Sequence record: SRR31156797_961
Reading direction: 5' to 3' (one strand)
DNA: 64,000 nt
Under the pieces are notes generated by a model, which was not told the DNA's origin, did not search any database, and worked only from the letters and a program-made list of their open reading frames with translations. Numbering within the stretch: position 1 is the stretch's first letter; each line of letters begins with the position of its first letter. A program made the translations under genes and the position numbers. Positions 29,637 through 38,131 of this stretch are shown here, piece by piece.

Positions 29637-31415
29637 TTAAGAGAGGGTTATGGCATCGAATTTACACCTGGAATAACAGTCGCCACACCTGATGCACAAT
29701 TCCTGGTTTATTAAGTGAGGTTGCTTGCGCTCCCCGGAAATGGCGTCCACAGGACATTTCTTTGCACAAACGGTACAACCCGTGCATTTTTCTGCATCAA
29801 TTTCGTAGGTAAGCAGGTTTTTACACACTTTGGCGGGACACTTCTTTTCCACGATGTGGGCAGTGTATTCGTCCCTAAAATATTTGAGCGTGGTCAGCAC
29901 GGGGTTGGGTGCTGTTTGACCCAGCCCGCAAAGCGAATTGTCTTTGATCTGGTAGGCCAGTTCTTCGAGCATTTCAATGTCACTTTCCTTGCCTTTCCCT
30001 TCGGTGATGCGCTCCAGTATCTCCAGCATACGCATGGTGCCGATACGGCAGAAAGTGCATTTCCCACAACTTTCTTCCTGGGTAAAGTGCAGGAAGAATT
30101 TAGCTACGTCCACCATACAGGTGCTTTCGTCCATCACCACCATACCACCGGAACCCATGATGGCACCGGTTGCGTTTACCGAATCGTAGTCCACGATGGT
30201 GTCGGCGAGGTATTCGGGAATACATCCACCTGATGGACCGCCAAGCTGAACCGCTTTAAACTGCTTGCCTTCAGGAATGCCACCACCCAATTTGAAAATG
30301 ATGTCGCGGATGGTGATGCCCATGGGTACTTCCACCAATCCGGAGTTATTGATTTTACCTGCCAGAGCAAACACCTTGGTTCCCTTGCTTTTTTCGGTTC
30401 CATATTTGGAATAGGCTTCGGGTCCGTTGTTGATGATCCACGGGATATTTGCCCATGTTTCCACATTGTTGATGTTGGTGGGCTGCTTCCACAAACCTGA
30501 AACGGCAGGGAATGGCGGGCGTTTTCGTGGCATACCGCGTTCGCCTTCCACTGAGGCGATCAGTGCAGTTTCTTCACCACAAACAAATGCGCCGGCACCC
30601 TCTTTCACATAAATATCAAAACAAAATCCTTCTATTCCAAGGATGTGATCACCAAGGTAGCCCTGGTCGCGGGCCTGCTCGATGGCAATGTTGAGGCGTT
30701 TGATGGCCAGCGGGTACTCGGCGCGGCAGTATATCACCCCCCCTGTGGCGCCAATGGCATAAGCTCCGATGATCATGCCCTCGAGGACAGCGTGCGGGTC
30801 ACCTTCCAAAAGTGAGCGGTCCATAAACGCACCCGGGTCACCCTCGTCTGCATTGCAAATGATATATTTTTCCTTTGAGGCACTGTTTTTGGCAAAACGC
30901 CATTTCAAACCTGTAGGGAAACCTCCGCCACCGCGTCCGCGAATGCCGGACTTCAGCACCGTTTCAATCACTTCCTCCGGTTTTATCTCTTCGTCAGCAA
31001 TTTTCTTAATGGCCTCGTATCCCTGGTTGGCTTCATATTCTTCAATGGATTCTGGATCGATGTACCCGCAATGACGCAGGGCAATTTTCACCTGGTCATT
31101 AAAAAAGTTGTGGTCTTTGGTTTCAAAAAGATCGGTCTTCACCACCAGGTCCTTAACGGGCTCATGGTTAACCACATGCTTTTCGATGACCTCCACAGCG
31201 CGGTCTTCGTTGATATTTCCGTAAATGTATGACCCTGATTCATCCACAATTTCAACCAGCGGCTCGCGAAAACACATTCCGATACAGCTGGTCTTTTTCA
31301 GCTCAATGTCAAGGTGTTCCACCTCCTTGAGCTGCTTTATTTTGTCGTAGGTTTTGTTGGCGCCTGCTGCAATGCCGCAACTACCTAAACCTACAATGAC
31401 TTTAGTCTTTTCCAT
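29637..31415 (-). CDS. NuoF/HydB-like NADH/FMN-binding subunit
   Basis: RGRGGGGFPTG, NADEGDPGAFMDR, GAFVCGEETAL, GGPSGG, ESCGKCTFCR...LCGLG; C-terminal 2x[4Fe-4S]; N-terminal thioredoxin-like Fe-S domain. Confidence 0.9.
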   Translation of the reverse strand: MEKTKVIVGLGSCGIAAGANKTYDKIKQLKEVEHLDIELKKTSCIGMCFREPLVEIVDESGSYIYGNINEDRAVEVIEKHVVNHEPVKDLVVKTDLFETKDHNFFNDQVKIALRHCGYIDPESIEEYEANQGYEAIKKIADEEIKPEEVIETVLKSGIRGRGGGGFPTGLKWRFAKNSASKEKYIICNADEGDPGAFMDRSLLEGDPHAVLEGMIIGAYAIGATGGVIYCRAEYPLAIKRLNIAIEQARDQGYLGDHILGIEGFCFDIYVKEGAGAFVCGEETALIASVEGERGMPRKRPPFPAVSGLWKQPTNINNVETWANIPWIINNGPEAYSKYGTEKSKGTKVFALAGKINNSGLVEVPMGITIRDIIFKLGGGIPEGKQFKAVQLGGPSGGCIPEYLADTIVDYDSVNATGAIMGSGGMVVMDESTCMVDVAKFFLHFTQEESCGKCTFCRIGTMRMLEILERITEGKGKESDIEMLEELAYQIKDNSLCGLGQTAPNPVLTTLKYFRDEYTAHIVEKKCPAKVCKNLLTYEIDAEKCTGCTVCAKKCPVDAISGERKQPHLINQELCIRCGDCYSRCKFDAITLS

Positions 31416-31457
31416 ATTTAATATTTTAATTTTCTGATTGAGAAATCCCTGGCAGGG

Positions 31458-31979
31458 TTATTTGCCCTGTTCCTGGATACGGATGTTTTTCACGATCTTT
31501 ACGGCCTCAGCACCGGAAAGTTTTCCGTAGGTATTTTCGCCGATCATCATTACCGGGGCCAGTGAACAGCAACCCAGGCAGGCTACTGACTCGAGGGTGA
31601 AAAGGCGATCTTCGGTTGTGCCGCCATCTTCCACTTTCAGGGCTTCCTGGAGAGATTCTGTGATTTTGCCGGCGTTCTGCACGTGGCAGGCTGTGCCATG
31701 GCAAACTTTGATGACATGTTTACCAACCGGGTTGAGCCTGAACTGGGCGTAAAAAGTGGCGACACCATACATATCGCTGAGTTCCAGCCCGGTCTCTATT
31801 GAAATTTTTTCGAATGCAACCGTTGGGATGTAACCAAAAATGGCTTGTGTGCCCTGGAGCAAGGGGATCATATTCCCTTTCTTACCTTTATATTTTTCGA
31901 TCAGCGGATCGATCTGGGAGAGGTCAATCACCTCCTGACCGGCTTGTTCTTTCTGAACCTTTAATCTTGCAATGCGCAT
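31458..31979 (-). CDS. NuoE/HydC-like 2Fe-2S subunit
   Basis: VATFY, VCHGTAC and CLGCC motifs. Confidence 0.9.
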   Translation of the reverse strand: MRIARLKVQKEQAGQEVIDLSQIDPLIEKYKGKKGNMIPLLQGTQAIFGYIPTVAFEKISIETGLELSDMYGVATFYAQFRLNPVGKHVIKVCHGTACHVQNAGKITESLQEALKVEDGGTTEDRLFTLESVACLGCCSLAPVMMIGENTYGKLSGAEAVKIVKNIRIQEQGK

Positions 31980-32438
31980 GGTTTCTGATTTTTTATGAAG
32001 GACGTAAAAGTAAATATTGTTTTAAAAGCTAACGGCTTGATTATAAATTTATAAGCGATCTAAATTAAGATTGTGTACAGGAATTTTAAGGGTGTAAAAT
32101 CCTATATTTTTTGTCCTCAATGAGTTGGGGTTTTGGGGCAGATAAAATCACTGTTCCCAGGGGCGTTATTTTATATTGATTCAAAATAAATTTGAAGGGG
32201 GGAGTTTCTCGTTGTAGCGTTAATTGTTACAAGGTTAATCGTTAATTGATAAAAGTTATCTGGTTCCTTGTTCCAGCCCTTCAGGCTGGGAGGTTGGTAG
32301 TTTGCGTTATTCTGATGGAGCAGCCTTTCAGGCTTTTTAGAAATAATTATTGGGAAAAGGATGATTGCCCAATGAAAAAGCCTCGGTGTTGAGATCCTAT
32401 TAAATTGCAAAGGTACAGTTCTGTGCTATGATTAAAAT

Positions 32439-32470
32439 AAAAAAATCCCGGAACCAAAGGAACCGGGATA
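32439..32470 (-). terminator. Intrinsic terminator after nfnB
   Basis: ATCCCGG...CCGGGAT stem with a T-run on the minus strand. Confidence 0.65.
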
Positions 32471-32602
32471 TGGTTTCTGTTTATCTATGTTTTGAAGTGA
32501 AGTTATTCGTTATTGAGTTAATAGTTAATGGTTATAAAGTAGCTTAGCGAATAAGCTATCCTGAGAACGATAATAACCAACAACGATTAACAATCTCCCG
32601 GT

Positions 32603-34447
32603 TCACGCTTCCACTTTTTTGGATTTACCTTTTTTCGTTTTTTTGTCTCCTTTGCGCAGTGCAGAGAGTTTTTTGTGCATTGCGTTGGCTGCAATCCTTC
32701 CGGCTCCCATGGCCTCAATTACCGTAGCAGATCCTGTAACAATATCTCCGCCCGCATACACATTGGCCATGGTGGTTTCGTTGGTTTCCTCGTTCACAAT
32801 TACATAGCCCCACTTATTACGTTTTAGTTGTGGTGACGACTGGAAAATGATCGGATTTGGTCCTGTGCCGATGGCCACAATAGCCAGGTCGCATTCGATT
32901 GTGAAGTTAGACCCTTCAATGGGAACAGGCCTGCGGCGTCCGCTTTCATCCGGCTCACCCAATTTCATGCTCAGGCATTCCAGCCCTTTCACTGTGTTAA
33001 AGTCTGTGCTGATGTATTTGATCGGGGATGTAAGCAATTTAAACCTGATACCTTCCTCCTCAGCGTGGTGTACCTCTTCGGCACGTGCCGGAAGTTCATG
33101 GCGTGAGCGCCGGTAAACGATGGTAACTTCCTGCGATCCCGTGCGGATGGCTGTGCGGGCGCAGTCCATGGCCACATTCCCACCACCAATAACAACTACC
33201 TTGCTGCCTGTGGGCATGGGGGTATCGTATTCAGGAAATTTATAGGCCTTCATCAGGTTCATCCGGGTGAGGTATTCGTTGGATGAAAATACATTACCTA
33301 AACTTTCGCCCGGGATATTCATGAATTTGGGTAAACCCGCTCCAACGCCAATGTAAACCGAATCGAAATGTTCAAGCAGTTCATCAATTGTCAGGATGTT
33401 GCCAATTACGTGATTCATCTCGAACCTTGCTCCCAGGTTTTTGAGATACTCTATCTCAAACTGAACGATACTTTTCGGTAACCTGAATTCGGGGATACCA
33501 TAGGTAAGTACACCGCCTGTTTCGTGTAATGCTTCGAAAACAGTAACATCGTATCCTTTCAGGAGCATGTCGGCGGCAAGGGTAAGTCCGCCTGGCCCGG
33601 AGCCAATAACAGCAATTTTTTGGCCCAGGTTCTCAGATATCATCGGAACTTTTACCAGGTCCATCTTGCGTTCATAATCCGACACGAAACGTTCCAGTCG
33701 CCCTATGGCTACTGGGTTGTCTTTATATCCCAATATGCATTTCTCTTCACATTGATTTTCCTGCGGGCAAACCCGTCCGCAAACTGCAGGCAAAAGGTTG
33801 GTTTGCTTAATTTTTTTGGCTGCGGCATCAAATTTTTCGGCTGCAATCAGTGAAATGAATTTAGGGATGTCAACATTTACCGGGCATCCCTCAACACATT
33901 TTGGATTTTTACATTGCAGGCAACGGCCGGCCTCCAGCAAAGCTAATTCGGTGGTGTAGCCATACGGAACTTCCTGGTGGTTGTGAACGCGCAGGGATTT
34001 ATCCTGTTCAGGCATATCCTGCCTGGGAATCTTCAGTTTGATCTTCCGTTCGTCAGCCTTAGTTAAACCGTGCCATTCGCAGCCATGTTTAAGGCAAATA
34101 TAGAATGGCATCAGCTTAGAAAATGCTGAAATAATTACTTCGCCAACAGGCGATCCACATTCTCCACATGGCACATCTTTGTTTACCAGGCTCTTATTGC
34201 ACTTGGGGCACAATAAATCATCCAGGTGGGCACCCTCGTCTAAATCTACAGATGCGTCAACTTCAAATACATCAAGATATGGACTCAAGATAAGTTCCAT
34301 TGGATCGCCCTTGTAGAGGGCGTCGAAATGAAGCGTTTTTTCACCGTGTAACTCACGGTTAAAACTGTTGTGACAATGTGGGCAATACGTACTCAGGTAC
34401 GACCTGAACTTTAAATATTTTACATCATGATCCAGCATAACATTCAA
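32603..34447 (-). CDS. nfnB: NfnB/SudA (GltD-like) large subunit of NADH-dependent ferredoxin:NADP+ oxidoreductase, with an extra ~140-aa N-terminal Cys-rich domain
   Basis: RCLQCKNPKCVEGCP, CGRVCPQENQCE, GSGPGG, YGIPEFRLPK, GGGNVAMD, YRR, AGGDIVTG; directly downstream (3-bp gap) of an NfnA-like gene. Confidence 0.85.
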   Translation of the reverse strand: MNVMLDHDVKYLKFRSYLSTYCPHCHNSFNRELHGEKTLHFDALYKGDPMELILSPYLDVFEVDASVDLDEGAHLDDLLCPKCNKSLVNKDVPCGECGSPVGEVIISAFSKLMPFYICLKHGCEWHGLTKADERKIKLKIPRQDMPEQDKSLRVHNHQEVPYGYTTELALLEAGRCLQCKNPKCVEGCPVNVDIPKFISLIAAEKFDAAAKKIKQTNLLPAVCGRVCPQENQCEEKCILGYKDNPVAIGRLERFVSDYERKMDLVKVPMISENLGQKIAVIGSGPGGLTLAADMLLKGYDVTVFEALHETGGVLTYGIPEFRLPKSIVQFEIEYLKNLGARFEMNHVIGNILTIDELLEHFDSVYIGVGAGLPKFMNIPGESLGNVFSSNEYLTRMNLMKAYKFPEYDTPMPTGSKVVVIGGGNVAMDCARTAIRTGSQEVTIVYRRSRHELPARAEEVHHAEEEGIRFKLLTSPIKYISTDFNTVKGLECLSMKLGEPDESGRRRPVPIEGSNFTIECDLAIVAIGTGPNPIIFQSSPQLKRNKWGYVIVNEETNETTMANVYAGGDIVTGSATVIEAMGAGRIAANAMHKKLSALRKGDKKTKKGKSKKVEA

Positions 34448-34450
34448 ATT

Positions 34451-35275
34451 TTATCTGATTGAAGCCAATAATGATTCTTTTTCATCGTGGATGTATAGTG
34501 AGTTTCTGTTCATCAGTTCGTCAAAATCCACCTCAAAGGCATCGAAATCTGGGCCATCCACGCAACAGAATTTTGTTTTATCACTTACCTTAACACGGCA
34601 ACCGCCACACATGCCTGTCCCGTCAATCATAATCGGGTTAAGGCTTACCATGGTTGGGGTTTCATGCTTTTTGGTGAGTTGGGTAACAAATTTCATCATG
34701 ATAATCGGGCCAATGGCATACACCAGTTTAACATCATGCCGTTCCGCAAGATATTTTTTCAATGGATCGGTCACAAAACCCATCTGACCGTAACTCCCGT
34801 CATCGGTGGTAACTACGAGTTCATCAGAAATGGCCTTCATTTCACGCTCAAGAATCAGCATCTCCTTATCTTTTGCGCCGATAATGCTGATTACGTAATT
34901 GCCGGCTTCCTTAAAGGCTTTGGCTACGTGATGCAGGATGGCAACACCTGTTCCTCCACCAACCATAACCACAGTACCTTTGTTTTCAACTTCGGCAGGT
35001 TTACCCAGTGGCCCGGAAATATCCTTAATGGTATCACCCTCATTCAGTGAACGTAGCAGTGCCGTAGTTTTACCAACAACCTGGTATATTAGGGTAATGG
35101 TACCTGCAAACGGGTCTTTATCTGCTACGGTGAGTGGAATTCGTTCACCGGTATCGTTTACCCTGAGGATAACAAACTGCCCGGCTTTTACCTTGGCAGC
35201 AATTTTTGGGGCTTCTACTTCATTGCGAACAATGGTGCCACGAGCCATGGTTTGCTTACGTACGATTTGAAACAT
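34451..35275 (-). CDS. nfnA: NfnA/SudB small subunit (FAD + 2Fe-2S)
   Basis: Likely start 35275 (MFQIV). GQFVILR, ERIPLT, GPLG, GGGTG and MIDGTGMCGGCR...CVDGP motifs. Confidence 0.88.
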   Translation of the reverse strand: MFQIVRKQTMARGTIVRNEVEAPKIAAKVKAGQFVILRVNDTGERIPLTVADKDPFAGTITLIYQVVGKTTALLRSLNEGDTIKDISGPLGKPAEVENKGTVVMVGGGTGVAILHHVAKAFKEAGNYVISIIGAKDKEMLILEREMKAISDELVVTTDDGSYGQMGFVTDPLKKYLAERHDVKLVYAIGPIIMMKFVTQLTKKHETPTMVSLNPIMIDGTGMCGGCRVKVSDKTKFCCVDGPDFDAFEVDFDELMNRNSLYIHDEKESLLASIR

Positions 35276-35436
35276 ATTTCCAGTTTTTATATATATAAAC
35301 TTAACGATTACCCGAACAGGCAAATAAGCATGCACGCCCTTTGGATAATAAAAACCAATACGTTAAGTCTATCTAGTGTTGATTAACTTCTGTATAATAC
35401 GTCTCGTAACCCTGGATGTTATCAGGGTGAGGAGTG

Positions 35437-36306
35437 CTACCACTCGTCGCTGTCTTCGAGCTTAATCTCATAAAGATCCTCTTCATGTAATCCGTGCCAG
35501 CGACAGCCTTTCTTGGTACAGATGAAAAAATCGATAAATTTCGTCCGGGCACTGATCCAAATCCTGGCTGCGGGTGATCCGCACTTTTCGCATTCCTTTT
35601 CATGTATCACCAAACTGTGCCTGCAGTGCGGACACTTTAAGTCTCTAACTGTTTTTTCTTCCGGCAGGAAAATTGTAGACTTCGAAGTAAACACATTGAG
35701 GTAAGGACTGAGCAAAAGTTCGCCTTCTTCACCATTTGAAATTTTGAGTCGGAGCATCTCGTTTTCGATCAGGCTTTTTCGACACTGTGGGCAATATGCC
35801 TGCAAAAATGTCCCTGATTCGAGTACCTCTGAATTCTCATCTACAACCTTAGGCTTATCTGGAGTGGTTGTTCTCAGGTCAAGGTTCTTCGGATATTCCC
35901 GACCCCTGAAGCCGTATTCCTGATAGAGTTTTTTGAGTGCCAGTGAAAGGTCTTCAAATGCGATAGCATGGTTTTTACAGCCACTTCTTGAACAGATACT
36001 CACACGACCTCCCATATCCAGATGGAAATCAACCATCGGAGCTTCACAAATGTTGCATAGCGTTTTACTGGCCAGTTCTGTATGACAATGGGTACAATGA
36101 AAGTGTGCAAGTTCGCCATTAGGAGTTTCAACTTCGGATGTATAATTATAACTTCCATAAATTGAGCTAAGCCATATCAGCCCTTTTTCTTTTTCTGTGC
36201 TTATTATCAGGTTGATGCTGGGCTCGTTATCGATGTGTTTTTTGTGGTCCATCAGGCTTTTGCCGCATGATGGGCAGTTCACGAAAATGGTTATGAAATT
36301 ATACAT
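35437..36306 (-). CDS. Hypothetical protein made of two tandem 8-Cys (CxxC x3 + Cx4C-xxH) domains
   Basis: Domain 1: CPSC/CTHC/CNIC/CSRSGCKNH. Domain 2: CPQC/CPHC/CEKC/CTKKGCRWH. Co-oriented upstream of nfnAB. Confidence 0.8.
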   Translation of the reverse strand: MYNFITIFVNCPSCGKSLMDHKKHIDNEPSINLIISTEKEKGLIWLSSIYGSYNYTSEVETPNGELAHFHCTHCHTELASKTLCNICEAPMVDFHLDMGGRVSICSRSGCKNHAIAFEDLSLALKKLYQEYGFRGREYPKNLDLRTTTPDKPKVVDENSEVLESGTFLQAYCPQCRKSLIENEMLRLKISNGEEGELLLSPYLNVFTSKSTIFLPEEKTVRDLKCPHCRHSLVIHEKECEKCGSPAARIWISARTKFIDFFICTKKGCRWHGLHEEDLYEIKLEDSDEW

Positions 36307-36549
36307 GGCACTTGATTTTAATTTTCCTACGACAAAAATTTTCTCAGTACAATATTAATAAATTTTAAGATTTGACACCATGGTTTGATTTTTCTTTTTT
36401 TCGAGTATACGGAAACGCCTTACATTACCTTTCACGCTTAAGGGTTTGATACTCAGAAAACAGGGTTAAACAATAGCTTTCAGAGCGAATGGCAATTTAT
36501 TATTAGTTTAAATAGTAAATAAAACTTGCTTTTTCGAATTCAATTGATG

Positions 36550-36576
36550 TATATTTGTGATATCAAAATGATATTA
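36550..36576 (+). promoter_or_regulatory. Bacteroidota -7 box plus adjacent palindromic operator
   Basis: TATATTTG (36550-57) immediately followed by TGATATCA-AAA-TGATATTA. Confidence 0.6.
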
Positions 36577-36604
36577 ATAAAGTATTAATCTAAATTTAAG
36601 TGCC

Positions 36605-37459
36605 ATGAAAGATGAAAAATTGTATTCGCCAGGTTCAGGTTACCTGATGCTGTTGGTGATTTTGTTATTGATTGTTCTTCCGGTGCTGGGCATGATCTTC
36701 CTCAAAATGTTCCTGCTGGCCATCGTCCTTGCCTTAGGTATATTTCTCGCCTTTGGTTTCCTGATCGTTAATCCAAACGAATCATCTGTACTTGTTCTGT
36801 TTGGTGCATACAAAGGCACAGTGAAAAAAAATGGATTTTTCTGGGTTAATCCGTTTTTAACACGAAAACGTATTTCATTACGTGCCCGAAATCTCGACAG
36901 TGAAGCGATCAAAGTGAATGATAAGCTTGGTAATCCCATCATGATCGGTATCGTGTTGGTGTGGAAAGTTGAGAATACTTTTAAAGCTGCCTTTGAGGTG
37001 GATGACTATAATCATTTTGTGGATATTCAAACCGAAGCAGCCATTCGAAAGCTGGCCGGACATTATCCATATGATAATTTTGATGATGAAGAAGCGGATA
37101 TTACGCTGCGCTCAGGTGGTGAAGAGGTGAACGAGGCACTTGAAGAGGAAATTTCAGAAAGGCTGGCCATAGCCGGAATTCATGTACACGAAGCACGTAT
37201 CAGCTACCTGGCGTATGCCTCAGAAATTGCCGGAGCCATGTTGCGCCGTCAGCAGGCTACTGCAATTGTTGCCGCACGAGCCAAGATTGTTGAAGGTGCG
37301 GTAAGTATGGTTGATATGGCCCTGGAACAGCTTTCGCAAAAAAAGATTGTTGACCTGGATGAGGAAAAGAAAGCTACCATGGTAAGTAATCTGATGGTTG
37401 TGCTTTGTTCTGACAAGGATGCTTCACCGGTTATTAATACAGGGACGTTGCATCAGTAG
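36605..37459 (+). CDS. SPFH/band 7 domain membrane protein
   Basis: Two N-terminal TM helices; FGAYKGT, KVNDKLGNPI and AYASEIAGAMLRRQQA motifs. Confidence 0.9.
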   Translation: MKDEKLYSPGSGYLMLLVILLLIVLPVLGMIFLKMFLLAIVLALGIFLAFGFLIVNPNESSVLVLFGAYKGTVKKNGFFWVNPFLTRKRISLRARNLDSEAIKVNDKLGNPIMIGIVLVWKVENTFKAAFEVDDYNHFVDIQTEAAIRKLAGHYPYDNFDDEEADITLRSGGEEVNEALEEEISERLAIAGIHVHEARISYLAYASEIAGAMLRRQQATAIVAARAKIVEGAVSMVDMALEQLSQKKIVDLDEEKKATMVSNLMVVLCSDKDASPVINTGTLHQ

Positions 37460-37597
37460 GGAAGTTGGGAGCTGGGAATTGAATTGAAAGCGTGAAATGA
37501 CTACAAATGACCTGTAAAGTATAAATAACCATCAATTCACGCCGAACACAGAGAGGCAATTAATTTAATAACCAACAACGATTAACTAAAATTCCGG

Positions 37598-37765
37598 ATG
37601 CCGAAAAAGAAAACATTCGTATTAAGATTGAATCCTGAGATGTATGAACGCCTGGAAAAGTGGGCTGCTGATGAGTTCAGAAGCACCAACGGGCAAATTG
37701 AATGGATTCTGGATCAGGCGCTAAAGAAAGCCGGCAGGGTGAAAAGACCCAAAGAAGAGGATTAA
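37598..37765 (+). CDS. Arc-family ribbon-helix-helix DNA-binding protein (55 aa)
   Basis: Below the track cutoff. MPKKKTFVLRLNPEMYERLEKWAADEFRSTNGQIEWIL... (F.LRL...WA..E.RS.N.QI); follows the SPFH gene. Confidence 0.85.
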   Translation: MPKKKTFVLRLNPEMYERLEKWAADEFRSTNGQIEWILDQALKKAGRVKRPKEED

Positions 37766-37802
37766 CAAGCGCTCCAATGTTTAACCATAAAAACAAAACG
37801 AA

Positions 37803-38012
37803 ATGAAAACACAAAAATGTATTGCCGGATTTGCCCTGGTGTTCGTGCTGGCCTTTGTTAGCTGCATGTTTGCCACCATGGGCTGGAACCTGCTATCTGA
37901 AGGCTCCGCATCCGTAGACTGGGAAACATGTTTTGCGCTGGCAACCATCATTGCATTTTTAAACGGTTTTGCCGATGTCGCACAAAAACTGTGGAAAAAA
38001 TCCCATGCCTGA
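37803..38012 (+). CDS. Small hypothetical membrane protein
   Basis: 69 aa, two hydrophobic segments, A-rich leader before ATG. Confidence 0.5.
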   Translation: MKTQKCIAGFALVFVLAFVSCMFATMGWNLLSEGSASVDWETCFALATIIAFLNGFADVAQKLWKKSHA

Positions 38013-38091
38013 TCGTACCATTGGTTCATGTGGGCGAAAAGGATGCTGAAAACCTCTGAAAATCCTGGTTATAGAGCTTTGGACGGGTTTC

Positions 38092-38131
38092 AAAACAAAA
38101 ACGGCGGAATACCCTTCCGCCGTTTTTGTTT
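38092..38131. terminator. Bidirectional intrinsic terminator
   Basis: AAACAAAAACGGCGGAA-TACCC-TTCCGCCGTTTTTGTTT between convergent genes. Confidence 0.85.

Noticed and set aside
26013-31074. Many antisense ORFs up to 253 aa over the oxidoreductase genes (similar ones elsewhere)
   Set aside because: Shadow ORFs opposite well-supported genes, with no motifs.
25904-31979. Annotation as complex I NuoEFG, [FeFe]-hydrogenase or formate dehydrogenase
   Set aside because: No membrane nuo genes nearby, no H-cluster motifs, and the proximal cluster cysteines of the Mo domain are lost.
32041-32054. Perfect palindrome TTATAAATTTATAA upstream of the three-subunit operon
   Set aside because: All A/T in an AT-rich region, single copy, and not a Rex-type consensus; could be chance.
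32603-34447. Glutamate synthase small subunit (gltD)
   Set aside because: No gltB nearby; it is paired with an NfnA/SudB-type gene.
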